A DNA stretch of 64,000 nucleotides from Candidatus Micrarchaeota archaeon CG1_02_47_40 (GCA_001871475.1 MNVE01000016.1:133343-197342); one strand, 5' to 3'. Numbered from the stretch's first letter, positions 29,661-40,408 are shown. Notes: generated by a model not told the origin, from the letters alone. Numbers and translations are program-made.

Positions 29661-29750
29661 GGGATAAGTTGCACATATGCTCCTTTTTAATATTTTTTAC
29701 CCTAAAGATAAACATCTCTTGCTTAGTTTGGCAATTCGGAGGTCATTTTA

Positions 29751-30848
29751 ATGTACGAAAAAACTGATGAATTCGGCCCGGAGAAAGTAATTGAAGTGCA
29801 TGATGCAAAATCCGGCTTGCACGCTGTTTGCGTAATAGACAATACCGCAATAGGCATAGGAAAGGGAGGGATACGGCTTGTTCCGGATATTACGATTAAT
29901 GAGGTAGCTGCGCTTGCTCGCGCCATGACCTGGAAGAATGCGCTTGCGGGAATTCCGTTTGGAGGGGCGAAAAGCGGCATAAAGGCAGACCCAAAAACTG
30001 CCGATAAAGAGAAACTGATGAGGGCGTTTGCGAGTGCATTGAAATGCGTGATTCCTTCTCTTTACTGCGCAGGACCTGATATGAACACCACTGAAAGGGA
30101 GATGGGTTTTCTTGCTGATGAATTAGGGGATATGAAAGCCGCTACGGGAAAGCCTGCGAGTATGGGGGGCTTGCCGCACGAGCTTGGCTCAACCGGCTTT
30201 GGGGTGGCGCAGTCAGCATTTGAGGCATTGGCGCACAAGGAAATGGATGTGAATGGGGTGAGGATTGCCATTGAAGGATTTGGGAATGTGGGCACGTTTA
30301 CTATGAAACATTTGTGCGAAAAGGGAGCGAAAGTGATTGCTGTTTCGGATTCACGCGGAGCGGTTTATGATGAGCGCGGGCTTGATTATGATGCACTCCT
30401 GAAGGCAAAGGCGGAAAAAGGGACAGTGACTGCATACGGGAATGGGGCAAAAATTCTTGATTCTGCCTCGCTTTTCTCCCTTCAGTGCGATATGTTAATA
30501 CCTGGAGCTCGCCCGAATGTTATTACTGCTGTAAATGCGCCTTTGGTAAAGGCAAAAATAATAGTGGAGGCGGCAAACATACCGATGAGTGTTGAGGTGG
30601 AAAAATCCCTTTCCTCCCGCGGAATCCTGATGATACCTGATTTTGTGGCAAACGCAGGAGGGGTAATTTCCTCCTATGTGGAGTATATTGGAGGCAGTGA
30701 ATCCGAAATGTTCGCTATGGTGCAGGAGAAAATCACCTCAAACACGCGCCTCGTGCTGGAAAATACGATAAACAACGACACACGGGCTGCCGCGTTGAAA
30801 ATAGCAAAGGAAAGAGTAATTGGTGCAATGAATGAGAAGAAGAGCTAA
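29751..30848 (+). CDS. Glu/Leu/Phe/Val dehydrogenase (glutamate dehydrogenase-like)
   Basis: GKGGIR, MTWKNA, GGAKSG, GPDMNT, EGFGNVG, EAAN and PDFVANAGGVISS motifs. Confidence 0.9.
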   Translation: MYEKTDEFGPEKVIEVHDAKSGLHAVCVIDNTAIGIGKGGIRLVPDITINEVAALARAMTWKNALAGIPFGGAKSGIKADPKTADKEKLMRAFASALKCVIPSLYCAGPDMNTTEREMGFLADELGDMKAATGKPASMGGLPHELGSTGFGVAQSAFEALAHKEMDVNGVRIAIEGFGNVGTFTMKHLCEKGAKVIAVSDSRGAVYDERGLDYDALLKAKAEKGTVTAYGNGAKILDSASLFSLQCDMLIPGARPNVITAVNAPLVKAKIIVEAANIPMSVEVEKSLSSRGILMIPDFVANAGGVISSYVEYIGGSESEMFAMVQEKITSNTRLVLENTINNDTRAAALKIAKERVIGAMNEKKS

Positions 30849-30851
30849 TTT

Positions 30852-33791
30852 TTATATGTAGTAATTGCAGCCGTCCTCTTCTCCTCCCCCTCCTGCATTC
30901 AAATCCACTACAATCGTTTTCTCGCATATTGGGGATGCCGGATTTGCTACTCTTGCAGTATAAGTATTTGGCTGGGGATAGACGCAAACATTTTCACCAA
31001 AGCAGGAATTCCCCTCGCACGCGAGCTGATGCGTCGTATCCCCTTCATTCCCGCAGGAGAAATCTATTATTTGAGGCGGGGTGAAAAGGGAGTAGAGCAC
31101 GGACGCATCGCTGAAATCCAGCGATGGCGCCCTTGGGGAGCTTGGCAGGATTATAAAGCACGTTTGCTGTGTGGAGCTTCCCACAAGCACCTGCGTGCTG
31201 TTGAGATTGTTGGTCTCGTCTATTTCATCTATTAAATTCTGCGGGTCGGCTTCCATCTGGAGCGAATTCACTCCTATGAAATTGTCCGAAAGCTGAAAAG
31301 AATCGTAATTGTAAGTGTGCGACTCGTCCCTTGCAAGCCCGCCGGTGTAATTGAGCGTTGCGCCCCATTCCCCTCCCTGCCCGCCGCCGCTTAAGGAAGA
31401 CGCAAGGGCTGTGTTTGCCCCTGCCGGAATGTCCTGGCAGCCGATGTTTGAAACCTCAACTGTCAATGTGAATGTGTCTCCTGAAATGGGCATGATGGGG
31501 GAGTATTCATAACTGCTTATTATCAGCTCCGGTTTGTCTGTCACCTCAAAAGAATCCGAATCAACGTTGTCAAACTCGTTTGACTCGTAAATCGCATTAT
31601 TCACGTCTGCGGTGGCGGTCATCGTGTATGTGCCCTCGCCACCGATTGTGTAACTAAACAAATAATCCGGAGTTCCGCTTCCCGCAATTACCGGCTGGGT
31701 TGTCTGCTGGGAGTAGGAGGAAATCAACCCGGTGGGTTTTGCGACGGTGAATGTGCTCAAGAAAGGCGCATTCGTATCCGCCTCCCCGTCGTTTATCACA
31801 TAAAAGCCCACCTCTATCGTATCCCCAGGACAGATATATGGAGGAACATTCGCTGGAATGACCTGCGGGATGAGGTTCGGCAAATTTCCGGTTGGGGGGA
31901 TTGAAACGAAGCTGCCATCCCAGGCATTGTCATTCTCGTTGCTTTCGGAAACTTCCAGATTGCAGTCGGTAAAAACATTGACTTCGTTTTCACCTGCGGG
32001 AAGCTGGATTGGAAGGGCGAAGACGAGGGCTTGGCTTTCCCCGGACGCAAGCCCGGTTAAGTCCATCTCCTGCGTCTGGACGCTTCCTGATGGGGAAGTC
32101 AGGGTAAGGCGGGTGCAGAAAGTCTCCCCGACGTTTTCAATTCCGTTGTTTTCAACAGTCGCGGTTATCTGGGGACTCTGCCCCACCTCTGGGCTTTCCG
32201 GCAGGAGGACGCTTGTGATGCGCAGGTTTTTGCCCTGCACGAGTTGGCTTACGGTGAATGTTCCGCTCTGCTCGTTGTTGTTTTCATGGATTCCCTCTGC
32301 AATTACTCCGTTTGGCGCTGGAAGGCAGTCAGCCTTTATTCTCCACGTGTGCTCCGTTTCCGGTGCGAAATTAACAGTGTAATCAAAATCAACATCCGCC
32401 TGCGCATTTGGGGCAAGCAAAGAAGCAATTGCGAAAGCAGGGGTTTGCTGAACATCATCTATGTAAAGGCAGGTTTGAAAAGTTCCACTCGTTGCAGCAG
32501 AGCCTTGGTTTTTCACCTGCCCGTCAAAGTGAAGCGTGCTTCCCTGCGCCGGCGCGGTTGTGATGGGACCGGCATTCTGCACTATTAAGTCCGGCTGCTG
32601 GACGGGAGTGACTATCACGTTTTCAATCACAAGAGGCTGTAAGAGGGTTGGCGTTGGGATGTTTCCGCTGCAGACAATCCCGTCCGTTTCAAGCGCAAGG
32701 GAGATGGCGACGGTTCCAATGAATGCATTATTCGGGGCGGTAAGGGTTCCAGTGAATTGCTGGGAAGAGCCTGCATTTATCCAGGAGGAAGGCAAGCCTG
32801 AAAGTGAAAATGAAAAGCCGTTGTTTGCCGAAATGCCGGTAAGCCTTATCTTCCTCGGCTCGCTTGCCTGGCTGTTTATTAGGGTGAAGGTGACTGGAAT
32901 TGATGCGCCCGCATTCATGTTTACGGTTCCGGTCGGATTTGTGATTGCCGCGGTTGCGCCTACTGCCGGGTCGCGGACGTGAAGGGTGATGGAGGGAGTG
33001 TATTGGGTGGTGTGCGGAATCTGGCTTGCCGGCTGGCTTGAGATTGGAGGATTTGAATAAACGTATTTTATGAGTTCGGAAAAGGATTGTTTGTTTGCGT
33101 CTAGCGGTTCGACTATACCCTTGCAGTTGTTTGTTTGAAGTTTTGCTGTGAATTGAGGATTCGAAGGCGCGCTATAATCTTGGGTTGAGAGTGCGTTTTG
33201 AGGAAAGGTATAGATGGTAGGGCTTCCTGAAACCGATATTTCGGTACTTCCGGTGCAGATTATGCCTGCTTTTGCGGCTCCGTCCTGGCGGCTTTGAGCA
33301 TTTATGACGTAATTAACATCTCTGTTTGCATTAGTAAAAACTTGATTCGCAAGCGGGGAAACGAGCGTCTGGGGACCCACTTGGGGAAAAAAACTGTCTG
33401 TTGACTCCTGTATTTCTATGTTCGCTAGATTCGAACCCCATGATGGAGGGAATGATGAGGGCAGCCTGTTTGGTGCAACTACTGAAAAGTCATTTAAGTT
33501 GGCGACTGGCGAGTCGAGAGATTGCACTGCCTGCGCGGATATTTCTCCAGGACAGACATACGCGCCGTTTGGAAGGTCGGCTTGGGAAACCCCCGAAGAG
33601 AGCACTACCTCATCCGTTGAAACCTGAAGGGAGAGGGAATGTGCTATGTCTGCTTCGTAGGTTTCCCACACGTATCCAAGGGAACGCGAAGAGGAAAACA
33701 AAGCCGTTTCAGGTTCTATTGAGGTAGCGGCGTGCAGTGTTGCCGCGAGAAGAACAAACAGAAAAACGCCGTTAATTTTCATCAATCTCAC
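30852..33791 (-). CDS. Secreted surface protein with tandem CARDB/Ig-like domains
   Basis: Signal peptide, then repeated PDL/PNL...V.N.G...AD....I.E.NE.NN CARDB units and a Cys-containing C-terminus. Confidence 0.8.
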   Translation of the reverse strand: MRLMKINGVFLFVLLAATLHAATSIEPETALFSSSRSLGYVWETYEADIAHSLSLQVSTDEVVLSSGVSQADLPNGAYVCPGEISAQAVQSLDSPVANLNDFSVVAPNRLPSSFPPSWGSNLANIEIQESTDSFFPQVGPQTLVSPLANQVFTNANRDVNYVINAQSRQDGAAKAGIICTGSTEISVSGSPTIYTFPQNALSTQDYSAPSNPQFTAKLQTNNCKGIVEPLDANKQSFSELIKYVYSNPPISSQPASQIPHTTQYTPSITLHVRDPAVGATAAITNPTGTVNMNAGASIPVTFTLINSQASEPRKIRLTGISANNGFSFSLSGLPSSWINAGSSQQFTGTLTAPNNAFIGTVAISLALETDGIVCSGNIPTPTLLQPLVIENVIVTPVQQPDLIVQNAGPITTAPAQGSTLHFDGQVKNQGSAATSGTFQTCLYIDDVQQTPAFAIASLLAPNAQADVDFDYTVNFAPETEHTWRIKADCLPAPNGVIAEGIHENNNEQSGTFTVSQLVQGKNLRITSVLLPESPEVGQSPQITATVENNGIENVGETFCTRLTLTSPSGSVQTQEMDLTGLASGESQALVFALPIQLPAGENEVNVFTDCNLEVSESNENDNAWDGSFVSIPPTGNLPNLIPQVIPANVPPYICPGDTIEVGFYVINDGEADTNAPFLSTFTVAKPTGLISSYSQQTTQPVIAGSGTPDYLFSYTIGGEGTYTMTATADVNNAIYESNEFDNVDSDSFEVTDKPELIISSYEYSPIMPISGDTFTLTVEVSNIGCQDIPAGANTALASSLSGGGQGGEWGATLNYTGGLARDESHTYNYDSFQLSDNFIGVNSLQMEADPQNLIDEIDETNNLNSTQVLVGSSTQQTCFIILPSSPRAPSLDFSDASVLYSLFTPPQIIDFSCGNEGDTTHQLACEGNSCFGENVCVYPQPNTYTARVANPASPICEKTIVVDLNAGGGGEEDGCNYYI

Positions 33792-35332
33792 TTCACATTA
33801 AAGGTCACTCCAACCCTGAAAAGGTTTGATGACGGAAGCTCAATTCCATACTCCATGTTTGAAGGGGTTTTTATGTAGTCTGCATTCAAGCTTACTCCGT
33901 ATTTTGAGTTAAGCTCAAGTGAGAGCGATTTGTTTTTGTTATTCGGGTCAAAGCCTGCGAACATCCTTATTTTCTCAAAATGCGGAACCTTCTTTGAAAT
34001 CAGTCCAACCTCGGCAAGACGGGTGGTTTTTCCAAAGCTTTCCTGCAGAGAAAAACTGCCCGCCAATGCGATTGCAGGCACACCGAGTTTGTCTTCGGGC
34101 AGAGAATACCGCGACTGGTATTCCCCTTTGCCCGAAAGCCCATGGGAGCCTGACAGCTGGACGTTTCCAAGCCCTAATGGAAGATTTAGAGCGGAATCCA
34201 GTTTAAGACGAATATCTGCCTTGTTCTCGCGGAGATAATCGTGCCTTGCGACTACCGTGCCTGCAATGACGCCGGGCGCGTCCCAAATGAGGAAGTGGGT
34301 GCCGACGCCAACTCCGAGGCTGGAAAGAAGAGGCTGTGAAACTGTTTTTGAGGCAAAAGTGCCGTCGTCATTTCTTTCCCACTGGCGGCAACTGGAGTCG
34401 CCGAATTTTAGTTCCACGTTAAGGAAATCCTTGCCAGTCAGGTAATATTGCGTGTTCACTTCCTTAAGGAAGGCATTTCGTATCTCTTTTGCATTCGCAA
34501 GCGCCAGAAATTCCGAGCCTGCGTGTTCGGAAAGCATTTCGGATGCCTTTTTGAAATCGCCGGACTGGATGGCACTTATAAAGTCGCTCTGTGTGTGTCC
34601 GTTGGAGAGGAGTTGCCCCCACATCACATCGGAACTGCCAAGACCGCCGAGAAAAGCCGCCATCTGCCCTGAATCCTTCCCGGAAAGTCCGTCTGAGAGA
34701 AGATTCAGGAAAGCAACTCCGGTATTCATTGATGAGAAAGTAACTGTGTAGAAGAATTGTGTCGGCTGGAATTGCGGGCTGATTTGCTGCACAAAATCAG
34801 CTGAAGGGTGGAAAGAGGGAATTTCCGCAAGGGGCGGGGCTTTTATCTTGCGCAAACCGAAGGTTGCGCCTGAAGCTGTAGTCGAATTCAAGTTTTGTTT
34901 TTTTGAGAAGACGCTCCTTAAGGTGTAGGCATTGATAAGTCCGCAGGCATAGCTTGCAATGTCCTTTGTTTCCCTTTTTTCGGAAGAAGCGGTGAATTCT
35001 TCAAATGTTTTGCGGTAAACGCCCAAAAGAGCCGCCGCTTGCAGGGACTTTAGAAAGCCCTCGCTTAACGCCGTTTCCGTGAAGGGCTTTGCCTCTGCGA
35101 TGGTTTTGTAGCCGCTTTTCCCAAAAAGGAAGCGCATTGCCAAGATGGCGCTCTTTTTGTCCTCAAGATTAACCGCTTGCTTCGCGAGAAAAAGAACCGC
35201 ATCGGTGTCTGGGGCTTTTTTCAGCAGTTTGAACAGCCTTTCCGCCTCTTCCTGCTTCCGGCTGGCGATGGCTGAAAAAAACTCATCTGCAACCCCTTGG
35301 GCGTTTATTTGTTTGGGCGGCATAAACATCAC
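33788..35332 (-). CDS. Hypothetical protein: helical N-half, amphipathic beta-strand-rich C-half
   Basis: Overlaps both neighbours by 4 nt. C-terminal strands such as SLGVGVGTHF, NVQLSGSHGL, SLSLELNS, GVSLNADY and FRVGVTFNVK. Confidence 0.75.
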   Translation of the reverse strand: MMFMPPKQINAQGVADEFFSAIASRKQEEAERLFKLLKKAPDTDAVLFLAKQAVNLEDKKSAILAMRFLFGKSGYKTIAEAKPFTETALSEGFLKSLQAAALLGVYRKTFEEFTASSEKRETKDIASYACGLINAYTLRSVFSKKQNLNSTTASGATFGLRKIKAPPLAEIPSFHPSADFVQQISPQFQPTQFFYTVTFSSMNTGVAFLNLLSDGLSGKDSGQMAAFLGGLGSSDVMWGQLLSNGHTQSDFISAIQSGDFKKASEMLSEHAGSEFLALANAKEIRNAFLKEVNTQYYLTGKDFLNVELKFGDSSCRQWERNDDGTFASKTVSQPLLSSLGVGVGTHFLIWDAPGVIAGTVVARHDYLRENKADIRLKLDSALNLPLGLGNVQLSGSHGLSGKGEYQSRYSLPEDKLGVPAIALAGSFSLQESFGKTTRLAEVGLISKKVPHFEKIRMFAGFDPNNKNKSLSLELNSKYGVSLNADYIKTPSNMEYGIELPSSNLFRVGVTFNVK

Positions 35333-38300
35333 TCTCCTGAAAACACCGGTACGTAAAGCGCTGGCTTAACTGCATTCAGCGACATGCCGGATGCGAATTC
35401 TTCGTTTTTCTTTGTTCCCCAGACGATTATGCTGTTGTCTTTCTCGTATTTGCCGGCTATAAGCTCTCCTCGGAGGGAGGCGCTCGCCAGCTGGCCTTGT
35501 TGCATAAACTTCAGTTTTGATTCTTCCTCTTTCTGCTCGCCGATTTTCCCTATGTCGGAAGGCAGGATTCCGGAATAGGTGCCAATGGTTACAGGCGGCG
35601 GCGAGCCTTCTTTGCATTCCTTATACACTGCCCTGCCTCCCTTCCATTCACCATAAACCAGCTTTCCCTCCTCGTTGGTCCTTAGGATGACCCCGCCGCT
35701 TTTCCCCTCGGTATCGGTTTTTAGAATGGTTTCTCTTGGAACAGGCGTCAGCATGCCGGCTCTTTCGCCATTCAGGTCGGTCAGATAAACCGGTTCGTCT
35801 GCCTTCTCCTGCGAAAGCACGTAGTAATGCATTTTCGTTCCTTCAGGCACGAATGAGAATCTGTCATTTGCATCCGTTCGATAGGCAAACATTGAGGAAC
35901 CGGTAAAATCTATCTCTCCCTTGACATCATGTTTTGCATCCACTCCGAACTGTTTGACATCAGACGTGGTTTTGACATTGTCGTGCCGCGGAATCTGGAC
36001 TTCGTAAACATTTACGACCTCAATTATCGCTTCCTGCTGCACGGTTTGCGCATTCGGATAAAGAGTGCGGTTGCTTGCTGTCGCAGCTATTTTCACGAAG
36101 CCCTCGTTTTCTGTTGGAATTGGCACTTGCGCAGTTCCATCAGAAGAAAGCTGTGCGGGAATGTTTTCCTTTCCCTCAATGAGATTGTATACGCCGTCTT
36201 TTGCTGCGGAGAAATAGAGGGAATATTTCGCTTCTGTTGAGCTCTTTTTCTCTTCCCCAATAGGCGCGCCGGCATCTGCCGCCAGTGAAGCTTTGAGAGA
36301 TGCGCTATAATCGCTTCCGATAAGCACTTTCCCCTGCGCCTCTATCTCCATCGCCAGCGTTTCAAGAGCCTTCTTCTCAACCGCCCCTCTCTCCGGCGCA
36401 ACCCTGCTTGAAATCTGCCGCAGGGGGTTGGTCAGCTCCTTCAGCTTCGTTATCTCCGCATCATTCAAACCCAGCTCTGCCTTCTTTCCGTCAATAAACT
36501 TCCTGTTGTCATAGCCTCCGTAGAGGATTGGCTGGAGGACGTTAAGCACGCCTTCAGCTTTGTCCCCAAATTCTTCCTTAATATCTCCGACAACCTTCAC
36601 GTGCTGTGCGTCCGTTCCGAACCTTGTTGAGCCCGTGCCTGTTATGGTTACTCCTGCAGCCAGATGCGCAAGCAGTATCGCTGATGGGATTCCGCCGGTA
36701 TTCTCAAGCCCTTTAATTATTGCTGCTTTCTTAACCTCGTCTCCGTTTGCAACTTTATCAATTGCCTGCTCCAAACTTATGTCCTTATATTCATTATACT
36801 TCGCCATCACCTTGTCCGCCATTATCTTTGTATCTGTCAGCTTGTCCCCCCTGTACCGGTTATAGACAAGCCTCTCTTCTTGGCTCCATGCATCCGTTAC
36901 CTTCACCCAAGCGCCTGCCTTGTTGGCTGCCTCCTCTTCGGAGGCGAAGGTTCCAAGCTCCTTCCCGCTGACATCGTAATAATTGCCCGTTGTCCTGTGA
37001 ACGTCCTTGTAAGTGCTCCCAAACTCCGCCGCCTTCCCTTCTCCCATTCTCCCCTGCGCCCTTGCAAGCTCTGCGCAGGCAGAGGTCTGCAGCCCCCTCA
37101 TCATATATTCCATGAAAAGAAGAGTGTTGCTAACTTTGAGTTTGCTGTCTTCCTGCAAAAGCACGTCCTTGTACTGCTCCATTATGCTCTTGTTGGCTTC
37201 GTCTGCCCTGACGAACATCTGCTTTTCTTCATCATAATGGAAGGTAAGGGCAAAGCACCAGTAGAAATAGTAGTAATCCGCACTGCGGGAAAGGTAGGCT
37301 TCCGGATTTTCAAGAATCGCCTTTATGAGAAGCTCTTCCCCTGGCTTTTGGAATATTTCGGCTATGTGCGCAGGCGCATTCATTTTATCAAAGCCGACAG
37401 CAAAAGGATAACCCGAAAGATGAATCTCCGCTGAATCTGCATAAAAACCGTATTTGTCCGCTGGAACAGCCGTGCCGGTGATTTGTGCAGGGGATTCCGC
37501 CTTTGCCGTCGCTTCTTCCTGCGGGATTTCAAGCTCTCTGCCTTTGTTGTTTGTCAGCAATAGGTAGTAAATGCCCCTTTCCTCCCTGCCGGCAGCCGAA
37601 AGCCCGTATTGTGAGAGCCTCTGCAGGGTTGCCAAGTCCGCCTGCCCCCTTCCTTGTTTTGCACCATACTGAAGCTCAACTTTGCTTCTTTTTCCGTCAA
37701 GCACCTCTTGCAGGAGCCTGCGCCCCTCATCGCTCATTTTCAAGTCATTCCCAACAAGTTCGTAGGGGGTTGCCGCAGCCTTTTGAGCTTCCTCTGCAAC
37801 AGGCGGCGTTTTTTCCAAAACAGGCGTTTGACCCGCCTGGAGTTCTGGCTCTTTCTCAAGCTTTCCATAAGCCTTTGCAAATTCCTCGCCCAGCTTGTAA
37901 TCCAGAAATGCCTGCATCCTGCTGTTTATCAGGGCGTCCTGGCTTCTGCCAATCAATGCATTGCCCTCTTTTGAAAGATGATAATTTTTCAGCGCGTCCT
38001 GGACGATTTTCCTTTCATTCTCGCTCACAGGCGCAAGAAATTTCACGTAAGCGAGCTGTATTTCGTTCATCAGCTGATTTTGTTTCTCCTGCGCAAGTCC
38101 ATTGTAGAGAGCTTTGTCGGATTCATTTAGGCGCCCCGCAAAATCCGGCTTTGCGTTCTCGGTCGCGGGAAGCCCAATCAGCGCTTTTGAAAGCTCATCA
38201 TATGCTGTTTGGTAAAACTCCCTCTTATCGTTTATCCCGAAAGCGTTTGCATAGTCGCGCACCCTGTTTGCGGCGTCTGCGTCAAGCTGCGCCCCGTCAG

Positions 38301-39204
38301 GGGCGGTTAAGTAATTGCCAAACCCCCCCGCGTATGAGTAGCTGCCAAGGATGTTTGCTACCGTGCATAGCTCTATCGAGAGATAATATGCGTTCATGCC
38401 TTGCGGAGATTTTGAGAATTCCTGCGCGGCATCCTTGAGCCGGTCAGAAAACAACAGCAGGTATCTTGCAAAAGCCGCCGCTTCCCCCCTGTTGGCTTGG
38501 GGTATGCCGTTCATTCCTTGGGCATGTGCCTGGAAATCCCGAACCGCTTGGACGCCGTGGTGGCTTTTAAGGAATTCCGCGAAAAGCTGCGAATATTCCT
38601 GCCTTCGCTCAAGAAGGGAAAGCGAAGCGGAGCCTATCTTGGGACCTTCTTCCTTTTTTTCTTGCTGTGCCGCTGCTGGCTCTGCCGGCAACTTTCTTTG
38701 TTGGGAAAGAGACTGCTCTAATTGATATCTCATTTGCTGCTCTTGAGTTAGGAAAAGATTTTTTTGGAGTTCGCTTATTTTCTTTTGCTGTCCTTCAGTT
38801 TGGGTTGGCGCCAGAAAGAGGGAGTCTGTGCTTAAGGGAGGGCGTTTTTTCCCTAATCTGACTCCGAGTGGGGTTTTTTGCAGTTCCTCCTTTTGCGGAG
38901 CCTGCGGTGTTTTTTTCTTTTCTTTTGTATCTTTTATTCCGTTAAGAATTCCGAGGAGATGAAGGGTCTGCCCTTCAATCTTTATCGCCTTGTTGAACTG
39001 CCCGTCACGGAGCTGTTCGTTGAGGTCGGATATTATCTCTTTCCCCTTCTCTTGACCTAGAAGCTCCTTGAGGATGCCCTTGGACTCTTCCGTCAGGGAA
39101 TAGCTGTTAATCTGCCACTTGTTCTTTTTCAGGATGCCCTGCTCAACAAATTCTTTGAGCTTTTGCTTGTCAAGCTCCTCTGCACGCTTAACCTTCTGCT
39201 CCAA
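35329..39204 (-). CDS. Large hypothetical protein (1291 aa)
   Basis: Uninterrupted ORF with TTG start and GGTGG RBS. Charged helical N-terminal and middle parts, beta-rich last ~300 aa. No signal peptide seen. Confidence 0.8.
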   Translation of the reverse strand: MEQKVKRAEELDKQKLKEFVEQGILKKNKWQINSYSLTEESKGILKELLGQEKGKEIISDLNEQLRDGQFNKAIKIEGQTLHLLGILNGIKDTKEKKKTPQAPQKEELQKTPLGVRLGKKRPPLSTDSLFLAPTQTEGQQKKISELQKNLFLTQEQQMRYQLEQSLSQQRKLPAEPAAAQQEKKEEGPKIGSASLSLLERRQEYSQLFAEFLKSHHGVQAVRDFQAHAQGMNGIPQANRGEAAAFARYLLLFSDRLKDAAQEFSKSPQGMNAYYLSIELCTVANILGSYSYAGGFGNYLTAPDGAQLDADAANRVRDYANAFGINDKREFYQTAYDELSKALIGLPATENAKPDFAGRLNESDKALYNGLAQEKQNQLMNEIQLAYVKFLAPVSENERKIVQDALKNYHLSKEGNALIGRSQDALINSRMQAFLDYKLGEEFAKAYGKLEKEPELQAGQTPVLEKTPPVAEEAQKAAATPYELVGNDLKMSDEGRRLLQEVLDGKRSKVELQYGAKQGRGQADLATLQRLSQYGLSAAGREERGIYYLLLTNNKGRELEIPQEEATAKAESPAQITGTAVPADKYGFYADSAEIHLSGYPFAVGFDKMNAPAHIAEIFQKPGEELLIKAILENPEAYLSRSADYYYFYWCFALTFHYDEEKQMFVRADEANKSIMEQYKDVLLQEDSKLKVSNTLLFMEYMMRGLQTSACAELARAQGRMGEGKAAEFGSTYKDVHRTTGNYYDVSGKELGTFASEEEAANKAGAWVKVTDAWSQEERLVYNRYRGDKLTDTKIMADKVMAKYNEYKDISLEQAIDKVANGDEVKKAAIIKGLENTGGIPSAILLAHLAAGVTITGTGSTRFGTDAQHVKVVGDIKEEFGDKAEGVLNVLQPILYGGYDNRKFIDGKKAELGLNDAEITKLKELTNPLRQISSRVAPERGAVEKKALETLAMEIEAQGKVLIGSDYSASLKASLAADAGAPIGEEKKSSTEAKYSLYFSAAKDGVYNLIEGKENIPAQLSSDGTAQVPIPTENEGFVKIAATASNRTLYPNAQTVQQEAIIEVVNVYEVQIPRHDNVKTTSDVKQFGVDAKHDVKGEIDFTGSSMFAYRTDANDRFSFVPEGTKMHYYVLSQEKADEPVYLTDLNGERAGMLTPVPRETILKTDTEGKSGGVILRTNEEGKLVYGEWKGGRAVYKECKEGSPPPVTIGTYSGILPSDIGKIGEQKEEESKLKFMQQGQLASASLRGELIAGKYEKDNSIIVWGTKKNEEFASGMSLNAVKPALYVPVFSGE

Positions 39205-39256
39205 ATAACCACCAATTCTAACGCATATTCTCTCTTTTTTCCTTTAAAAGCCTTTG

Positions 39257-40408
39257 TTACAGCATTTCAACTCCCGGCAGCTTCTCCCCGGAGAGAAAGG
39301 CAATGAGAGCCTTTCCCGCTGTGGAGATATAGGAGATTTTTGCCTTGCCTATGCCGAATTTATCTATTGCGGAAATAGTGTGCCCCCCTCCGGCAAGGGA
39401 GAAGGAAGTGGAGGCAGCAATTGCTTTCAGAATTTCTCTTGTCCCCGCCTCAAAGGACTTCTCTTCATAAATGCCAACAGGACCATTTATGACAACCGTT
39501 CTCGCGTTTTTTAGTATTCCCTTCCATTCTGCAAGCGTCTTTTTGCCTATATCCCCTATGCTCGCGCTTGCGGGCAGTTTTCCCGCCGGGCATTCTTTTC
39601 TTTTTCCTTTTTCCGCGTACGCAACGTCGATAGGCATTTGTATCTTCTTATTATATTTCACGAGCAGTTCCTTCGCTTTCGGGAGCAGCGCGGTATAGCC
39701 TTTCTCCTTTAGGTATTTCTCTCCTGCGCCTATGCTTGTGCCAGAAGCCAAGAGAAACATACTCCCCAAAACCCCCCCGCATAAGGCATAATCCATCTTT
39801 CCCTCTTTCAGCCAGTGCCCCATCATCGCAAGGGAGTCTTCGGGCTTTGCGCCTCCAAGAATGAATACGCATGGGTGGGAGGGATGCTTTACCTTCCCAA
39901 GAGCTTCCATTTCTTCCTGCATAACTCTTCCTGCAAAAGCAGGCTTGGAAGAAAAACCCACGACAGATGCTTGCGCGCGGTGCGAAACTGAAAAGCCGTC
40001 CATCACAAAAACATCGCAGAGCGGAAGGAGAGAGGTTATCTCCTTTTCATCCTCCAAAAAGCGCACATTTTCCAAGAGGAGTATTTCCCCTTCCCGCAAT
40101 CCGTTAATCGCTTTCTTTGCCCTCTCTCCGCAAACATCATTTATGAATAAGACGGGTTTGCCTATTTCTTTTTCCAAATATCCTGCATGGGCTTTCAGAG
40201 ATACGCAATCCGCATCTCCTTTCCTCCCCTGATGTGCAAGCACTATTACTCTTGCTCCCTTATCAGCCAACTCGCGCAGGGTTTTTGCATGCGCACTTAC
40301 CCTCGGAGACTTCTCTATTTTTCCGGTTTTCTCATCAAACGGGGAGTTTATATCCACTCTGACAAAGGTTCTTTTTCCCCTAAAATCAAAATCAGAAAGG
40401 GTTTTCAT
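39257..40408 (-). CDS. pgk: Phosphoglycerate kinase
   Basis: VRVDINSP, AHQGR, LLENVRF, SHRAQAS, LGGAK, NGPVG, GGGHT and YISTAGKA. Start at ATG 40408. Confidence 0.95.
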   Translation of the reverse strand: MKTLSDFDFRGKRTFVRVDINSPFDEKTGKIEKSPRVSAHAKTLRELADKGARVIVLAHQGRKGDADCVSLKAHAGYLEKEIGKPVLFINDVCGERAKKAINGLREGEILLLENVRFLEDEKEITSLLPLCDVFVMDGFSVSHRAQASVVGFSSKPAFAGRVMQEEMEALGKVKHPSHPCVFILGGAKPEDSLAMMGHWLKEGKMDYALCGGVLGSMFLLASGTSIGAGEKYLKEKGYTALLPKAKELLVKYNKKIQMPIDVAYAEKGKRKECPAGKLPASASIGDIGKKTLAEWKGILKNARTVVINGPVGIYEEKSFEAGTREILKAIAASTSFSLAGGGHTISAIDKFGIGKAKISYISTAGKALIAFLSGEKLPGVEML

